64,000 bases of DNA, from contig CAXFSR010000043.1 of the NCBI GenBank assembly GCA_964005815.1, positions 128,001 to 192,000 on the forward strand. Reading direction: 5' to 3'. The stretch comes from an uncultured Nitrospinaceae bacterium (GTDB lineage Bacteria; UBA8248). The translations under genes were made by a program, and so were the position numbers. The notes under the pieces were generated by a model, which was given only the letters and a program-made list of their open reading frames with translations, was not told where the DNA came from and ran no database searches. This document shows, piece after piece, positions 19,202-28,104 of the stretch; position 1 is the stretch's first letter, and each line of letters begins with the position of its first letter.

Positions 19202-22069
19202 ATGCCAGCAATAGATATGAACTCTAGAGAATTTAAGCCACCCGAAGAAAAAACAAGTCCTATTCCCTTCTTTATATTGGGCATAATTTTTGTATTAATT
19301 ACTGCCTGGACAGTCTGGGATGAAGCATTTACTCGAAGACCTTGGAAAAACTATCAAACTTCTTTCAACCAATACGAGAAAAATAAAGTTCAAAAGAAAT
19401 TATCTGAAAAAGAATCTAAATTAAAAGATCCTCTTGCTAAAATAAACTCAAAAATCACTTCGCTTGAAAACAAAATACAAATTAATGAAACATTAAAGAA
19501 GCTAAAAGAGACACTAAAGGAGAAAGAGTTAGTAGCTTTCGAAAAAGTGCAAGATTATGGTTTCGCAAAAGCCGTTTATGACGAAACCTATTTTACATAC
19601 GAAGATGCTCTTCGAAAAGGAAAAGATATATCAGACTTGAAATTAAAGTTGGCTAATGAAGCAAAAAAAATGGGTAGACTTAAACCCATTGCAGAAAAAG
19701 CCGAAAAAGAAAGAGATGATATAAAATCCAAAATAGATTCAATTCTAAATCCACTTAAAAATTTAAAAAAGAAAAAAAGAGAGATAGCCAAAGAGATTTC
19801 TGTACTTCAGCGAAGAATAAGTTCCATAAATTCCAGAAAATATGAAATCAAACAATTAGTTTTAAGGGGTTTTGATAAAAATAATTTTAATGAACCTACT
19901 ATGAGAGTAGACAGGTGTCAAAGTTGTCATTTGGCAATAGACCGTAAAGGTTTCGAAAATGCCAAGCAACCTTTCAAAACTCACCCAAACCGTAAATTCT
20001 ATCTAAAATCAACACATAACATGAATGAAATTGGCTGCACCTCTTGTCACGGAGGTCAAGGGGCTGCAGTAACTTCGGTAGACAAGGCTCACGGTTTTGT
20101 ACAGTTCTGGGAAGACCCTTTACTAAAAGGGAAAGAAACAGAAACTAAATGCAGAAATTGTCATACAGAAGTTTTCAATATTCCTAAGGCACCACACATC
20201 TCTCAAGGAATTTCATTAATTAGAGAATTGGGATGTCATGGATGTCATCTAATACCAGGAACAAAAGATATCAGAATGGTAGGCCCTAACTTATCGAGAA
20301 TACAAGAAAAAGTTCAACCTGAATGGTTAGTATCATGGATCAAACGTCCAAAAGATTACAATCCTAGAACCAAGATGCCATTTTATGGTCTCTCTCAAAA
20401 AGAATCTGAAGATATTGCAAGTTACATATGGCATAGTGGCAAAAGAAAAATCAAGAAAGAAGAAGTTGCAGACCTAGGATCTTCCGTTCAAATTGAACAA
20501 GGGAAAAAGCTTTTTGAGTCAGTTGGCTGCTTAAGCTGCCATGTCAGAAGCGAAAATGATGTTTTGTCAAAGAAACCAATAAAAGGTGTTGACGGCAGAC
20601 CTTTAGTTCTTACAAATAGAGATTATGCTCCTGCACTTCAAAAAGTATCACAAAAAGTTCAAACTGACTGGTTATATAGATGGTTGAAAAATCCGAAATC
20701 CTATTGGCATGAAACAAAGATGCCTAGTCTAAGACTAACAAAATCTGAATCTAAATCCATAACTTCATACCTACTTAGCCTGACTCCAAAGAAAAGCAAA
20801 AGAAACTATACCCTTCGAAACGATCCAGCGACCTTAAAACGAGGTAAAGATTTAGTTGCCAAAAATGGATGTTATGGTTGTCATGTAATTCCAGGAACTG
20901 AAAAATTATCAAAAATTGGTCCTAACCTTTCAAGGTTTGCAGTGAAGAAACCAGTTGAGCTTTCTTATGGAAACGTTCTTGATATACCGCACACTTGGGA
21001 AGCATGGACTTTTTCTAAACTTAAAAATCCAAAGATTTTCCAAACTGAACGTGAACAACTTTTGATGCCTAATTTTGGACTTTCAGATAAAGAAGTAACC
21101 CAAATCAGAACTTATTTACGATCGATGACACCTCACGCGGCTCCACATAATGTTCATCATCATTTAAATAAGAGACAGAAAAAAATAGAATCAGGAAGAA
21201 GGATGTTAGAAAAATATAATTGCCAAGGTTGCCACGTTATCGAAAATTGGGGAGGCAGTATAGTCAAAAGATACAATGACAAGAATAATGCTCCCCCTTA
21301 CTTAAATGGGGAAGGCAATAAAGTCCAACCTGATTGGTTATACGGTTTCTTGAATAATGTTGTCACGCTTCGTCCTTGGCTAAAAATAAGAATGCCAAGT
21401 TTTAAAATGCCAAAAGAAGACTCTACTAAACTTGTTGAGTATTTTGCTGCAGTTGACAACAAAATGAGACCTTATATCCACTTCGAGTCTAAGTCTACCA
21501 AGGAACAGTTAAACGAAGGCAAGAACTTATTTAATAAAGCTGAATGTGTTTCATGTCATGGGGAATGGCCACCTCCATCAGGCAAAGAACCACCATCAGC
21601 ACCGAATCTAAACTTAGCCAAGAAAAGACTCCGTCCTGAATGGATAGTATCTTGGTTAAAAGATCCACAAGCAATTATGCCTGGCACAAAAATGCCTACT
21701 TTCTGGCCCGGCGCTGGTATAAGTTCAAATATTATTAAAGGAAAATTTGAAGAAAAAGAAGACGGAAATTGGATTTACATTTTGGAATCAGATAAAGAAT
21801 CCGACGTTCCTGAGGAGTTTGCCACTCTCTATATAAAAAATAAAACTATTAAAGTTAAAGTGCTGGAAGTAGATGAGAAAACATTGCGTATTTCTAGCCC
21901 CATCAAAATAGATAGCAAGTTCACAAATATTAAAATAACAAGTCATGGAGAACCTATAGATCCTGAAATATTAGGTGGTGATGCTCTTGAACAGATGAGA
22001 GTATTAAGAGATTATCTAATGATAGAAACTAACCTCACTAAAAGCACAAATGATATGAGGAAAGGATGA
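19202..22069 (+). CDS. Membrane-anchored octaheme cytochrome c subunit of a Rieske/cyt b complex
   Basis: N-terminal TM, coiled coil, 8 CxxCH (CQSCH, CTSCH, CRNCH, CHGCH, CLSCH, CYGCH, CQGCH, CVSCH), five xMP distal-Met motifs. Confidence 0.9.
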   Translation: MPAIDMNSREFKPPEEKTSPIPFFILGIIFVLITAWTVWDEAFTRRPWKNYQTSFNQYEKNKVQKKLSEKESKLKDPLAKINSKITSLENKIQINETLKKLKETLKEKELVAFEKVQDYGFAKAVYDETYFTYEDALRKGKDISDLKLKLANEAKKMGRLKPIAEKAEKERDDIKSKIDSILNPLKNLKKKKREIAKEISVLQRRISSINSRKYEIKQLVLRGFDKNNFNEPTMRVDRCQSCHLAIDRKGFENAKQPFKTHPNRKFYLKSTHNMNEIGCTSCHGGQGAAVTSVDKAHGFVQFWEDPLLKGKETETKCRNCHTEVFNIPKAPHISQGISLIRELGCHGCHLIPGTKDIRMVGPNLSRIQEKVQPEWLVSWIKRPKDYNPRTKMPFYGLSQKESEDIASYIWHSGKRKIKKEEVADLGSSVQIEQGKKLFESVGCLSCHVRSENDVLSKKPIKGVDGRPLVLTNRDYAPALQKVSQKVQTDWLYRWLKNPKSYWHETKMPSLRLTKSESKSITSYLLSLTPKKSKRNYTLRNDPATLKRGKDLVAKNGCYGCHVIPGTEKLSKIGPNLSRFAVKKPVELSYGNVLDIPHTWEAWTFSKLKNPKIFQTEREQLLMPNFGLSDKEVTQIRTYLRSMTPHAAPHNVHHHLNKRQKKIESGRRMLEKYNCQGCHVIENWGGSIVKRYNDKNNAPPYLNGEGNKVQPDWLYGFLNNVVTLRPWLKIRMPSFKMPKEDSTKLVEYFAAVDNKMRPYIHFESKSTKEQLNEGKNLFNKAECVSCHGEWPPPSGKEPPSAPNLNLAKKRLRPEWIVSWLKDPQAIMPGTKMPTFWPGAGISSNIIKGKFEEKEDGNWIYILESDKESDVPEEFATLYIKNKTIKVKVLEVDEKTLRISSPIKIDSKFTNIKITSHGEPIDPEILGGDALEQMRVLRDYLMIETNLTKSTNDMRKG

Positions 22070-22620
22070 CCGAAGCTAGAGACAGAAAACAAGTCAAACT
22101 GCCAGCTGAATACGAAGCTGAACAACAACATAAATCTTCTAACATAGACAGAAGAAGATTTATGAATTATACGGGTTGGCTTGGCATCCTTGGAAGTTTA
22201 GGAATCGCTTTATTAGGTTTCTTGCGTTTTTTGTTTCCAAGAGTTCTGTTTGAACCAAGAACGGAATTTAAAGCTGGCAATCCAAACGATTATGCAGTTG
22301 GTGCTGTAGACACAAGATATTTGAATAGTGAGCGCGTATATATTATCAGAGAAGAAGATGGATTTTACGCTTTAAGCGGTGTATGTACCCACCTAGGATG
22401 CACCCCTGCATGGTTAGCTTCTGAAAATAAGTTTAAATGCCCTTGCCATGGTAGCGGATTTAAAAGAAGCGGTGTTAATTTTGAAGGTCCTGCACCAAGA
22501 CCTTTAGAAAGACATAAAATAGTCCTTGCGGAAGATGGGCAATTATTAATAGATAAAGGAAAATTATTCAGACAAGAGAAAGATGAATGGAATAAACCTG
22601 AAGCTTTTCTCTATTTATAG
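22066..22620 (+). CDS. Rieske 2Fe-2S subunit
   Basis: Tat-like RRRF plus TM, CTHLGC, CPCHGS, GPAPRPL. Confidence 0.95.
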   Translation: MTEARDRKQVKLPAEYEAEQQHKSSNIDRRRFMNYTGWLGILGSLGIALLGFLRFLFPRVLFEPRTEFKAGNPNDYAVGAVDTRYLNSERVYIIREEDGFYALSGVCTHLGCTPAWLASENKFKCPCHGSGFKRSGVNFEGPAPRPLERHKIVLAEDGQLLIDKGKLFRQEKDEWNKPEAFLYL

Positions 22621-22675
22621 AAAACAAAAAGTGTTTTTTGCTGACGAATTAAGTCATGCATGGAGGATGCAATAA

Positions 22676-23464
22676 ATGAGAGGTTTAAAGGAAAGATTTA
22701 ATTTAGACAAACTTAAAAGTAATTTAATAGGTTCTCAGGTTTGGAGATCCATGTTTCGACATGGCTACGAAGATACACCGAGAAACAGAGTATTAATGGT
22801 TGTAGACAATCTCTGGCTCCACCTCCATCCAACAAAAATTCGAAGACACGCAATTAGAATCCGGTTTACATGGTGTATGGGAGGAATTACTTTTCTTCTA
22901 TTTCTTTATCTTGTAGTAACAGGTGTTGTTTTAATGTTTTACTATAGACCAGTGGGCGAATATGCTTATGCGGACATCAAATTCCTTGAGTTTGATGCAC
23001 CTTTTGGAATGTTTATGCGTAATATGCACAGATGGGCTGCCCACGCAATGGTTATTGCTGTTTGGCTCCATATGTTACGTGTTTTTATGACTGGTTCATA
23101 TAAACAACCTAGAGAATTCAACTGGGTTATCGGGGTTTTACTTTTGACAGTTACGTTACTTCTTAGTTTTACTGGATATTTATTACCATGGGATCAATTA
23201 GCTATGTGGGCTGTAACAGTTGGGACCAATATGGCCAGAGCCACTCCACTTCTCGGTAGTGAGGGACCATTTGCAGAGTTCGTTGGTGTTACTCCTAGGC
23301 TTGATGCGCGTTCTGCACTACTTGGGGGGACTATCGTTGGACCACCCACTTTACTCAGATTCTATGTTTTGCATTGTATAGTCATACCGCTTATAGCATC
23401 AATTTTAATGATGGTGCATTTTTGGAGAATCAGAAAAGATGGTGGAATTTCTGGTCCTTTATAA
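22676..23464 (+). CDS. Cytochrome b N-terminal (b6-like) subunit
   Basis: WCMGG, HRWAAH...[11 protein letters not shown]-x14-H, GISGPL. Confidence 0.95.
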   Translation: MRGLKERFNLDKLKSNLIGSQVWRSMFRHGYEDTPRNRVLMVVDNLWLHLHPTKIRRHAIRIRFTWCMGGITFLLFLYLVVTGVVLMFYYRPVGEYAYADIKFLEFDAPFGMFMRNMHRWAAHAMVIAVWLHMLRVFMTGSYKQPREFNWVIGVLLLTVTLLLSFTGYLLPWDQLAMWAVTVGTNMARATPLLGSEGPFAEFVGVTPRLDARSALLGGTIVGPPTLLRFYVLHCIVIPLIASILMMVHFWRIRKDGGISGPL

Positions 23465-23492
23465 TAATTTCTTGATTTGAAAGGCACTGAGA

Positions 23493-24278
23493 TTGGCTAA
23501 AGAAGATAAGGTTATTGGTTCTGCTGAAGACATGCCACAAACTAGCTGGGAAAGGGTTAATGACAAGGTTCATGTTTGGCCCTATTTAACCCGCCTTGAG
23601 TTTATGTGCGCTATTATTATCACCCTAGTTTTGGTCGTCTGGTCAATCTTAATTGATGCACCTTTAGAGGAACCTGCCAACCCATCAGTAACACCTAATC
23701 CCTCAAAAGCTCCTTGGTACTTCCTTGGCCTACAGGAAATGTTAGTTTATTTCGATCCTTGGATGGCAGGTGTTGTGTTACCTACTCTAATTATTATAGG
23801 TCTAATGGCTATCCCCTATATTGATGTAAATCCGAAGGGTAACGGTTATTATTCCTACAAAGAAAGAAGATTTGCCATACTTACCTTCCTTTTTGGTTTT
23901 CTAGTACTTTGGGTTTGGTTAGTCATACAGGGAACTTTTATGAGAGGACCAGGATGGAACTTCTTTATGCCATGGGAATATTGGGATTCACACAAAGTTG
24001 TGGCTTTAACTAATGTAGATTTTCCTTATTGGCTTGGGTTTAGAGACTACTGGGTACAAGCTGCTGTTGGAGGATTATCTATCGTAGCACTTTATGCAAC
24101 AATTCCAATTTGGTACTTTTTTAGAAGAAACACTGAAAAAATGAAAAACAAAGGGTTGGTAAGATATAATATAGAAGCATTCCTGTTTGTTACTATGATG
24201 GGGCTCGTAATTAAAATGTTGCTTAGAATCTTCTTAAATATTAAATACATAATGGTTACACCTTGGATTAACTTTTAA
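23493..24278 (+). CDS. Cytochrome b subunit IV-like protein
   Basis: VWP, EPANP..TPNPSKAPWYF, multiple TM helices; TTG start. Confidence 0.9.
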   Translation: MAKEDKVIGSAEDMPQTSWERVNDKVHVWPYLTRLEFMCAIIITLVLVVWSILIDAPLEEPANPSVTPNPSKAPWYFLGLQEMLVYFDPWMAGVVLPTLIIIGLMAIPYIDVNPKGNGYYSYKERRFAILTFLFGFLVLWVWLVIQGTFMRGPGWNFFMPWEYWDSHKVVALTNVDFPYWLGFRDYWVQAAVGGLSIVALYATIPIWYFFRRNTEKMKNKGLVRYNIEAFLFVTMMGLVIKMLLRIFLNIKYIMVTPWINF

Positions 24279-24288
24279 GGGATTATAA

Positions 24289-24393
24289 ATGGTTCAAGAA
24301 AGAGATAAAAAACACCTATGGTGGGATGCTTGTGGGTTTAAAGTGATAATCTTCTTAGCGATTGGTATAGGTACATACTTCTTTTTAGCATAA
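24289..24393 (+). CDS. Putative 34-aa single-TM protein closing the bc operon (MVQERDKKHLWWDACGFKVIIFLAIGIGTYFFLA)
   Basis: AAGGGA RBS, ATG 10 nt after the subunit IV stop, C-terminal TM; not in track. Confidence 0.55.
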   Translation: MVQERDKKHLWWDACGFKVIIFLAIGIGTYFFLA

Positions 24394-24401
24394 AATTCAA
24401 A

Positions 24402-24914
24402 TTAATTTTCTGGCCAAGTCTGCAACCCTCTTGAAATTAAAATTTCTTTCAACTTATTCACATTGATTAATTCCATAGGCGCACCTTCTGAGTATTTCTG
24501 AACTTCTTCAGAGAAGTATCCAGTAGTTATTAAAATACCTTTTAATGCAGCTTCTGCTCTAACTGTATCAGACAACCCTATTACTCTTATTGAAGAAACA
24601 TATTCTCCTTCTGGAACTAAAATGCCATGTACAATATAGTTCCCACCAACTATTTCCATAGGGTTGTTAGCTAAAATATCAATTTCACGACTATTAACCC
24701 AATTTGTTTCTAAAATTTGCATACCTAGATCATCTAATATTTCTCGGATCATTTTTTCAAAAGACTCTGGTGAAATTGACCTAAGAATTTCTATATCTTT
24801 ATCATCTCTCATTTCATCTGCAGCTTCTTCCATAGCTACATTAGTAGTTGTTTTTTTAACAAAGAAAATTAATACAAATCCTACAAATAAAGCAAAAACA
24901 ACAAGTTCTAGCAT
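24402..24914 (-). CDS. TM-anchored Mrr_cat (restriction endonuclease-like) domain protein, probably inactive
   Basis: SPESFEK, EIDILA, KGILITTGYFS, ELIN; HGI in place of QxK. Confidence 0.7.
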   Translation of the reverse strand: MLELVVFALFVGFVLIFFVKKTTTNVAMEEAADEMRDDKDIEILRSISPESFEKMIREILDDLGMQILETNWVNSREIDILANNPMEIVGGNYIVHGILVPEGEYVSSIRVIGLSDTVRAEAALKGILITTGYFSEEVQKYSEGAPMELINVNKLKEILISRGLQTWPEN

Positions 24915-24983
24915 AAAACGTACCCCTGAATTGCAAAAATTAAAATAAAAAGGGTCAAAGAAAAGTACAGGACAGAAGGGAAA

Positions 24984-25151
24984 CTAACGAATCATACGAT
25001 CATAGACTTCGTTTTTTTTCCCCTGCTCTATTAGTTCATCGTGCTTAAAAGCTTGCGAGAGAGCTAACCAGCAGTAATAGATAACCAAAGGAAGCATAAT
25101 AGCAATTGGGATATTGTCAGGTTTTGTGAGTATAGCAAGAAAGTTTTCCAT
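24984..25151 (-). CDS. 55-aa membrane protein (MENFLAILTKPDNIPIAIMLPLVIYYCWLALSQAFKHDELIEQGKKNEVYDRMIR), probably bc-complex associated
   Basis: GGTGGA RBS, ATG, one TM; TKPDNIPI motif; not in track. Confidence 0.7.
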   Translation of the reverse strand: MENFLAILTKPDNIPIAIMLPLVIYYCWLALSQAFKHDELIEQGKKNEVYDRMIR

Positions 25152-25231
25152 TAATAATCCACCCTAAAAATAATATAAAATGCAACTACATTTTGAATGA
25201 TTTTAAACTTTCGATCAACACTGCTAATGAA

Positions 25232-25293
25232 TTGAAAATTTGTTAACAAAAATTCAAAAAATAGTTGATGTATAACACCTGCCTTTGTTAACA
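25232..25293. promoter_or_regulatory. Palindromic operator-like sites in a divergent intergenic region
   Basis: TTGAA-aa-TTTGTTAACAAA-aa-TTCAA (25232-25257) plus a second TTTGTTAACA (25284-25293). Confidence 0.4.
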
Positions 25294-25335
25294 TAATGAA
25301 AGTAATGCCCGTAAACGTTTCTAGAGGATTTTCTA

Positions 25336-25815
25336 TTGCCACATTTTATTTTTGATTCTTGCATTGGTTGCGACGTTTGTTTGCCTGTTTGCCCTACAAA
25401 AGCAATTACAGGAGAGTCGAGGGAAATATACAAAATAGACCCTACCTTATGTATTGATTGTGGAGTATGTGGAAAATATTGTCCTGCAGCCGCTATACAA
25501 GATGACGCAGGAAATATAATAGAAAATATCAAACATAAAGATATGCCTAAGGCATTTGTCATGGAAGAGAATTGTACCGGTTGTGTATGGTGCGTGGATA
25601 TTTGTCCTTTCGATTGCATTATCATGTCTGATTCATCAGTTGAAAGAGATCATAGTCAGGTTGCCGTAGTCGATGAAAGCAAATGTGTAGGTTGCAGGCT
25701 ATGCGAAGAAATATGCAATAAAGGAGCAATTATAGTTCCGAAACATTCTGATGAAGCTGAATACATGACTCCATTCATGCATGAATTTGTCACTTCACCT
25801 TTAAGAGCTTATTGA
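25336..25815 (+). CDS. Polyferredoxin with four [4Fe-4S] motifs
   Basis: Four CxxCxxCxxxC motifs; GAGGA RBS, TTG start. Confidence 0.9.
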   Translation: MPHFIFDSCIGCDVCLPVCPTKAITGESREIYKIDPTLCIDCGVCGKYCPAAAIQDDAGNIIENIKHKDMPKAFVMEENCTGCVWCVDICPFDCIIMSDSSVERDHSQVAVVDESKCVGCRLCEEICNKGAIIVPKHSDEAEYMTPFMHEFVTSPLRAY

Positions 25816-25875
25816 TAAGTTCCCTTGATGTTATCCAGTTATTCTTAGCTACAAAATTTTCTTTGAAGGCAAACT

Positions 25876-28095
25876 ATGGAACCAATATTAAAAAATAGGG
25901 TACCTGCCAGAATTCTTGATATTACAGAGATGGTGACTGAATATGCACCAGGATATGAGAAATTTATTAATGAAGCATTTCTTTTCACTGCCAATTTCCA
26001 TACTGGCCAGTTTAGGAGTTCTGGACAACCCTATATTTCTCATCCCCTAGAAGTAGGATTAATGTTGGCAGAAATGAAACAAGATCCCGAAACTATTGCT
26101 GCAGGGTTACTCCATGACACCTTAGAAGACACTCGGGCTACAAAAAATGAGATAAATGAAAATTTCGGTGAAATAACTGCAAACCTAGTAGATGGAGTAA
26201 CAAAATTAAATCGGCTAGATATTCCAAATACGAGAACAAGACAAGCAGAGAATTACCGAAAGATGTTAGTCGCAATGTCTAATGATATTAGAGTTATAAT
26301 AATCAAGTTAATTGATCGTTTACATAATGCTATGACTCTTGAGTATCTCCCAAATGAAGCCAGAAAAAGAATAGCCCTCGAGACACACGAGGTATATGCA
26401 CCTCTCGCAAATCGACTAGGAATTGGTTGGTTAAAAGAAGCTCTTGAAGATATATCATTTAAACATTTATATCCTGAAGAAAATGAAAAAATTGAAACCC
26501 TATTAAAAGAGGGGCTAGAAGATATAGAAACTTATCTTGAAAACGTAAAATTAGAAGTTGAAAAAGAAATGGCAAAAAATAGGATAAATGGCATTTTAAG
26601 TAGTCGATACAAATTAAACTCTAGTATTTTCAGAAAAATGAAATCTCAAAATCTAGATTTTCATCAGGTATTTGATATATGCGGAATTAGAATTGTCGTC
26701 GAGAGTCCAATGGATTGCTATTCCGTTTTTGGCTTACTTCACACAAAATGGAAACCTATACCTGGGAGATTTCGAGACTATATCGCTCTTCCTAAATCTA
26801 ATTTATACCAGTCTCTTCACACAACCGTCATTGCGATGAACGGGCAAAGAGTTGAATTTCAAATTCGCACTAAAGAAATGGACCAAGTTGCAAATGAAGG
26901 ATTAGCTGCTCATTGGCAATATAAGGAAAATAGGAATTTAGACAAAGATACTTTTGATAAGTTTAAATGGCTAAGACAAATTATTGAAAACATGAGTGAT
27001 GAAACAGACCCTGGCAGTCTCCTTGATTCTTTCAAAGTAAACTTATTTGAAGACGAGGTTTTCGTTTTCACACCAAGAGGAGATGTTAAAAGTTTTCCAA
27101 AAGGTTCTAGTGCTTTAGATTTTGCTTTTGCTATACATTCTGAAGTAGGAATACACTGCGTAGGTGCTAAAATCAACGGCCGCGTCGTCCCTATAACAAA
27201 AGAGTTAGAAAACGGAGACGTGATAGAAGTTGTTACAAATGAAAATAGAACTCCAAGTCCTGAGTGGCTACATTCTGTTTTAACTCCAAAAGCAAAACAA
27301 GAAATCAAAAATTGGCTTAGACAGCAACAAAAGTTCCGTTCTACTCTTTTAGGAAGAGAACTCTTAGATCATGATTTAAAAAGAATCGATCACGAATTAA
27401 AAACACCTATTCAGGATAAAGACCTACTACCTATTACTGAAAAAATGGGATTCAAAACTATAGATGATCTTCTCGCTGCAATAGGCTTTGGCAATTTAAT
27501 GTCAAAAGAAGTTATGCAGCACCTACTTCCTGAAAATGTTATAGAAGATTTCGAAAAACGTGAAAATTCAAGAATAAGAAGATTTTTGCGTCGTATAACT
27601 AAAAGATCCAATACAGGCATTAAGATAAAAGGTCATGATGAGAAACTAATAAGATTTGCGAAGTGTTGCGACCCTATACCGGGAGATCCTGTGACTGGAT
27701 TTATAACACGTGGCAAAGGTATCTCGATTCATGCAAAAGACTGTGAGAATATCAGTGAATTCTTAAACCAAGAAGAACAATTACTAGAGGTAGACTGGGA
27801 TGTATCTGAAAGCAAAGAATTACATCCAGTTCCCTTATCTCTTGAAGCAAAAGATGAACCCGGAGTTCTCGCCGAGATTAGTGCTTCTATAGCAAAATGT
27901 GATGCAAACATTGCATGGCTTAGTGCAAAAACCCACAAACAGATTGCAGGCATACAACTAGAGGTGCAGGTTTATGACCTAAAACATCTAAAAAAAGTGA
28001 CAAAAAGTATAAGAAAGTTAAGTACAATAAAATCCGTTAATAGGCTACATCCATCTATAGCCAGGAATACAAAATATTACGAAAATGAAACATAA
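25876..28095 (+). CDS. spoT: Bifunctional (p)ppGpp synthetase/hydrolase Rel/SpoT
   Basis: HD domain (LLHDTLEDT), synthetase YQSLHT/EFQIRT, TGS (DFAFAIHS), CC and ACT domains. Confidence 0.93.
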   Translation: MEPILKNRVPARILDITEMVTEYAPGYEKFINEAFLFTANFHTGQFRSSGQPYISHPLEVGLMLAEMKQDPETIAAGLLHDTLEDTRATKNEINENFGEITANLVDGVTKLNRLDIPNTRTRQAENYRKMLVAMSNDIRVIIIKLIDRLHNAMTLEYLPNEARKRIALETHEVYAPLANRLGIGWLKEALEDISFKHLYPEENEKIETLLKEGLEDIETYLENVKLEVEKEMAKNRINGILSSRYKLNSSIFRKMKSQNLDFHQVFDICGIRIVVESPMDCYSVFGLLHTKWKPIPGRFRDYIALPKSNLYQSLHTTVIAMNGQRVEFQIRTKEMDQVANEGLAAHWQYKENRNLDKDTFDKFKWLRQIIENMSDETDPGSLLDSFKVNLFEDEVFVFTPRGDVKSFPKGSSALDFAFAIHSEVGIHCVGAKINGRVVPITKELENGDVIEVVTNENRTPSPEWLHSVLTPKAKQEIKNWLRQQQKFRSTLLGRELLDHDLKRIDHELKTPIQDKDLLPITEKMGFKTIDDLLAAIGFGNLMSKEVMQHLLPENVIEDFEKRENSRIRRFLRRITKRSNTGIKIKGHDEKLIRFAKCCDPIPGDPVTGFITRGKGISIHAKDCENISEFLNQEEQLLEVDWDVSESKELHPVPLSLEAKDEPGVLAEISASIAKCDANIAWLSAKTHKQIAGIQLEVQVYDLKHLKKVTKSIRKLSTIKSVNRLHPSIARNTKYYENET

Positions 28096-28104
28096 TTGAA
28101 TTTA

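Noticed and set aside
24402..24914. Type IV restriction/defence island
   Set aside because: Single degenerate gene with no other defence or mobility genes nearby
25151..25625. Minus-strand track ORFs 25151-25342 and 25254-25625
   Set aside because: They span the promoter region or are antisense to the polyferredoxin; no RBS or motif support
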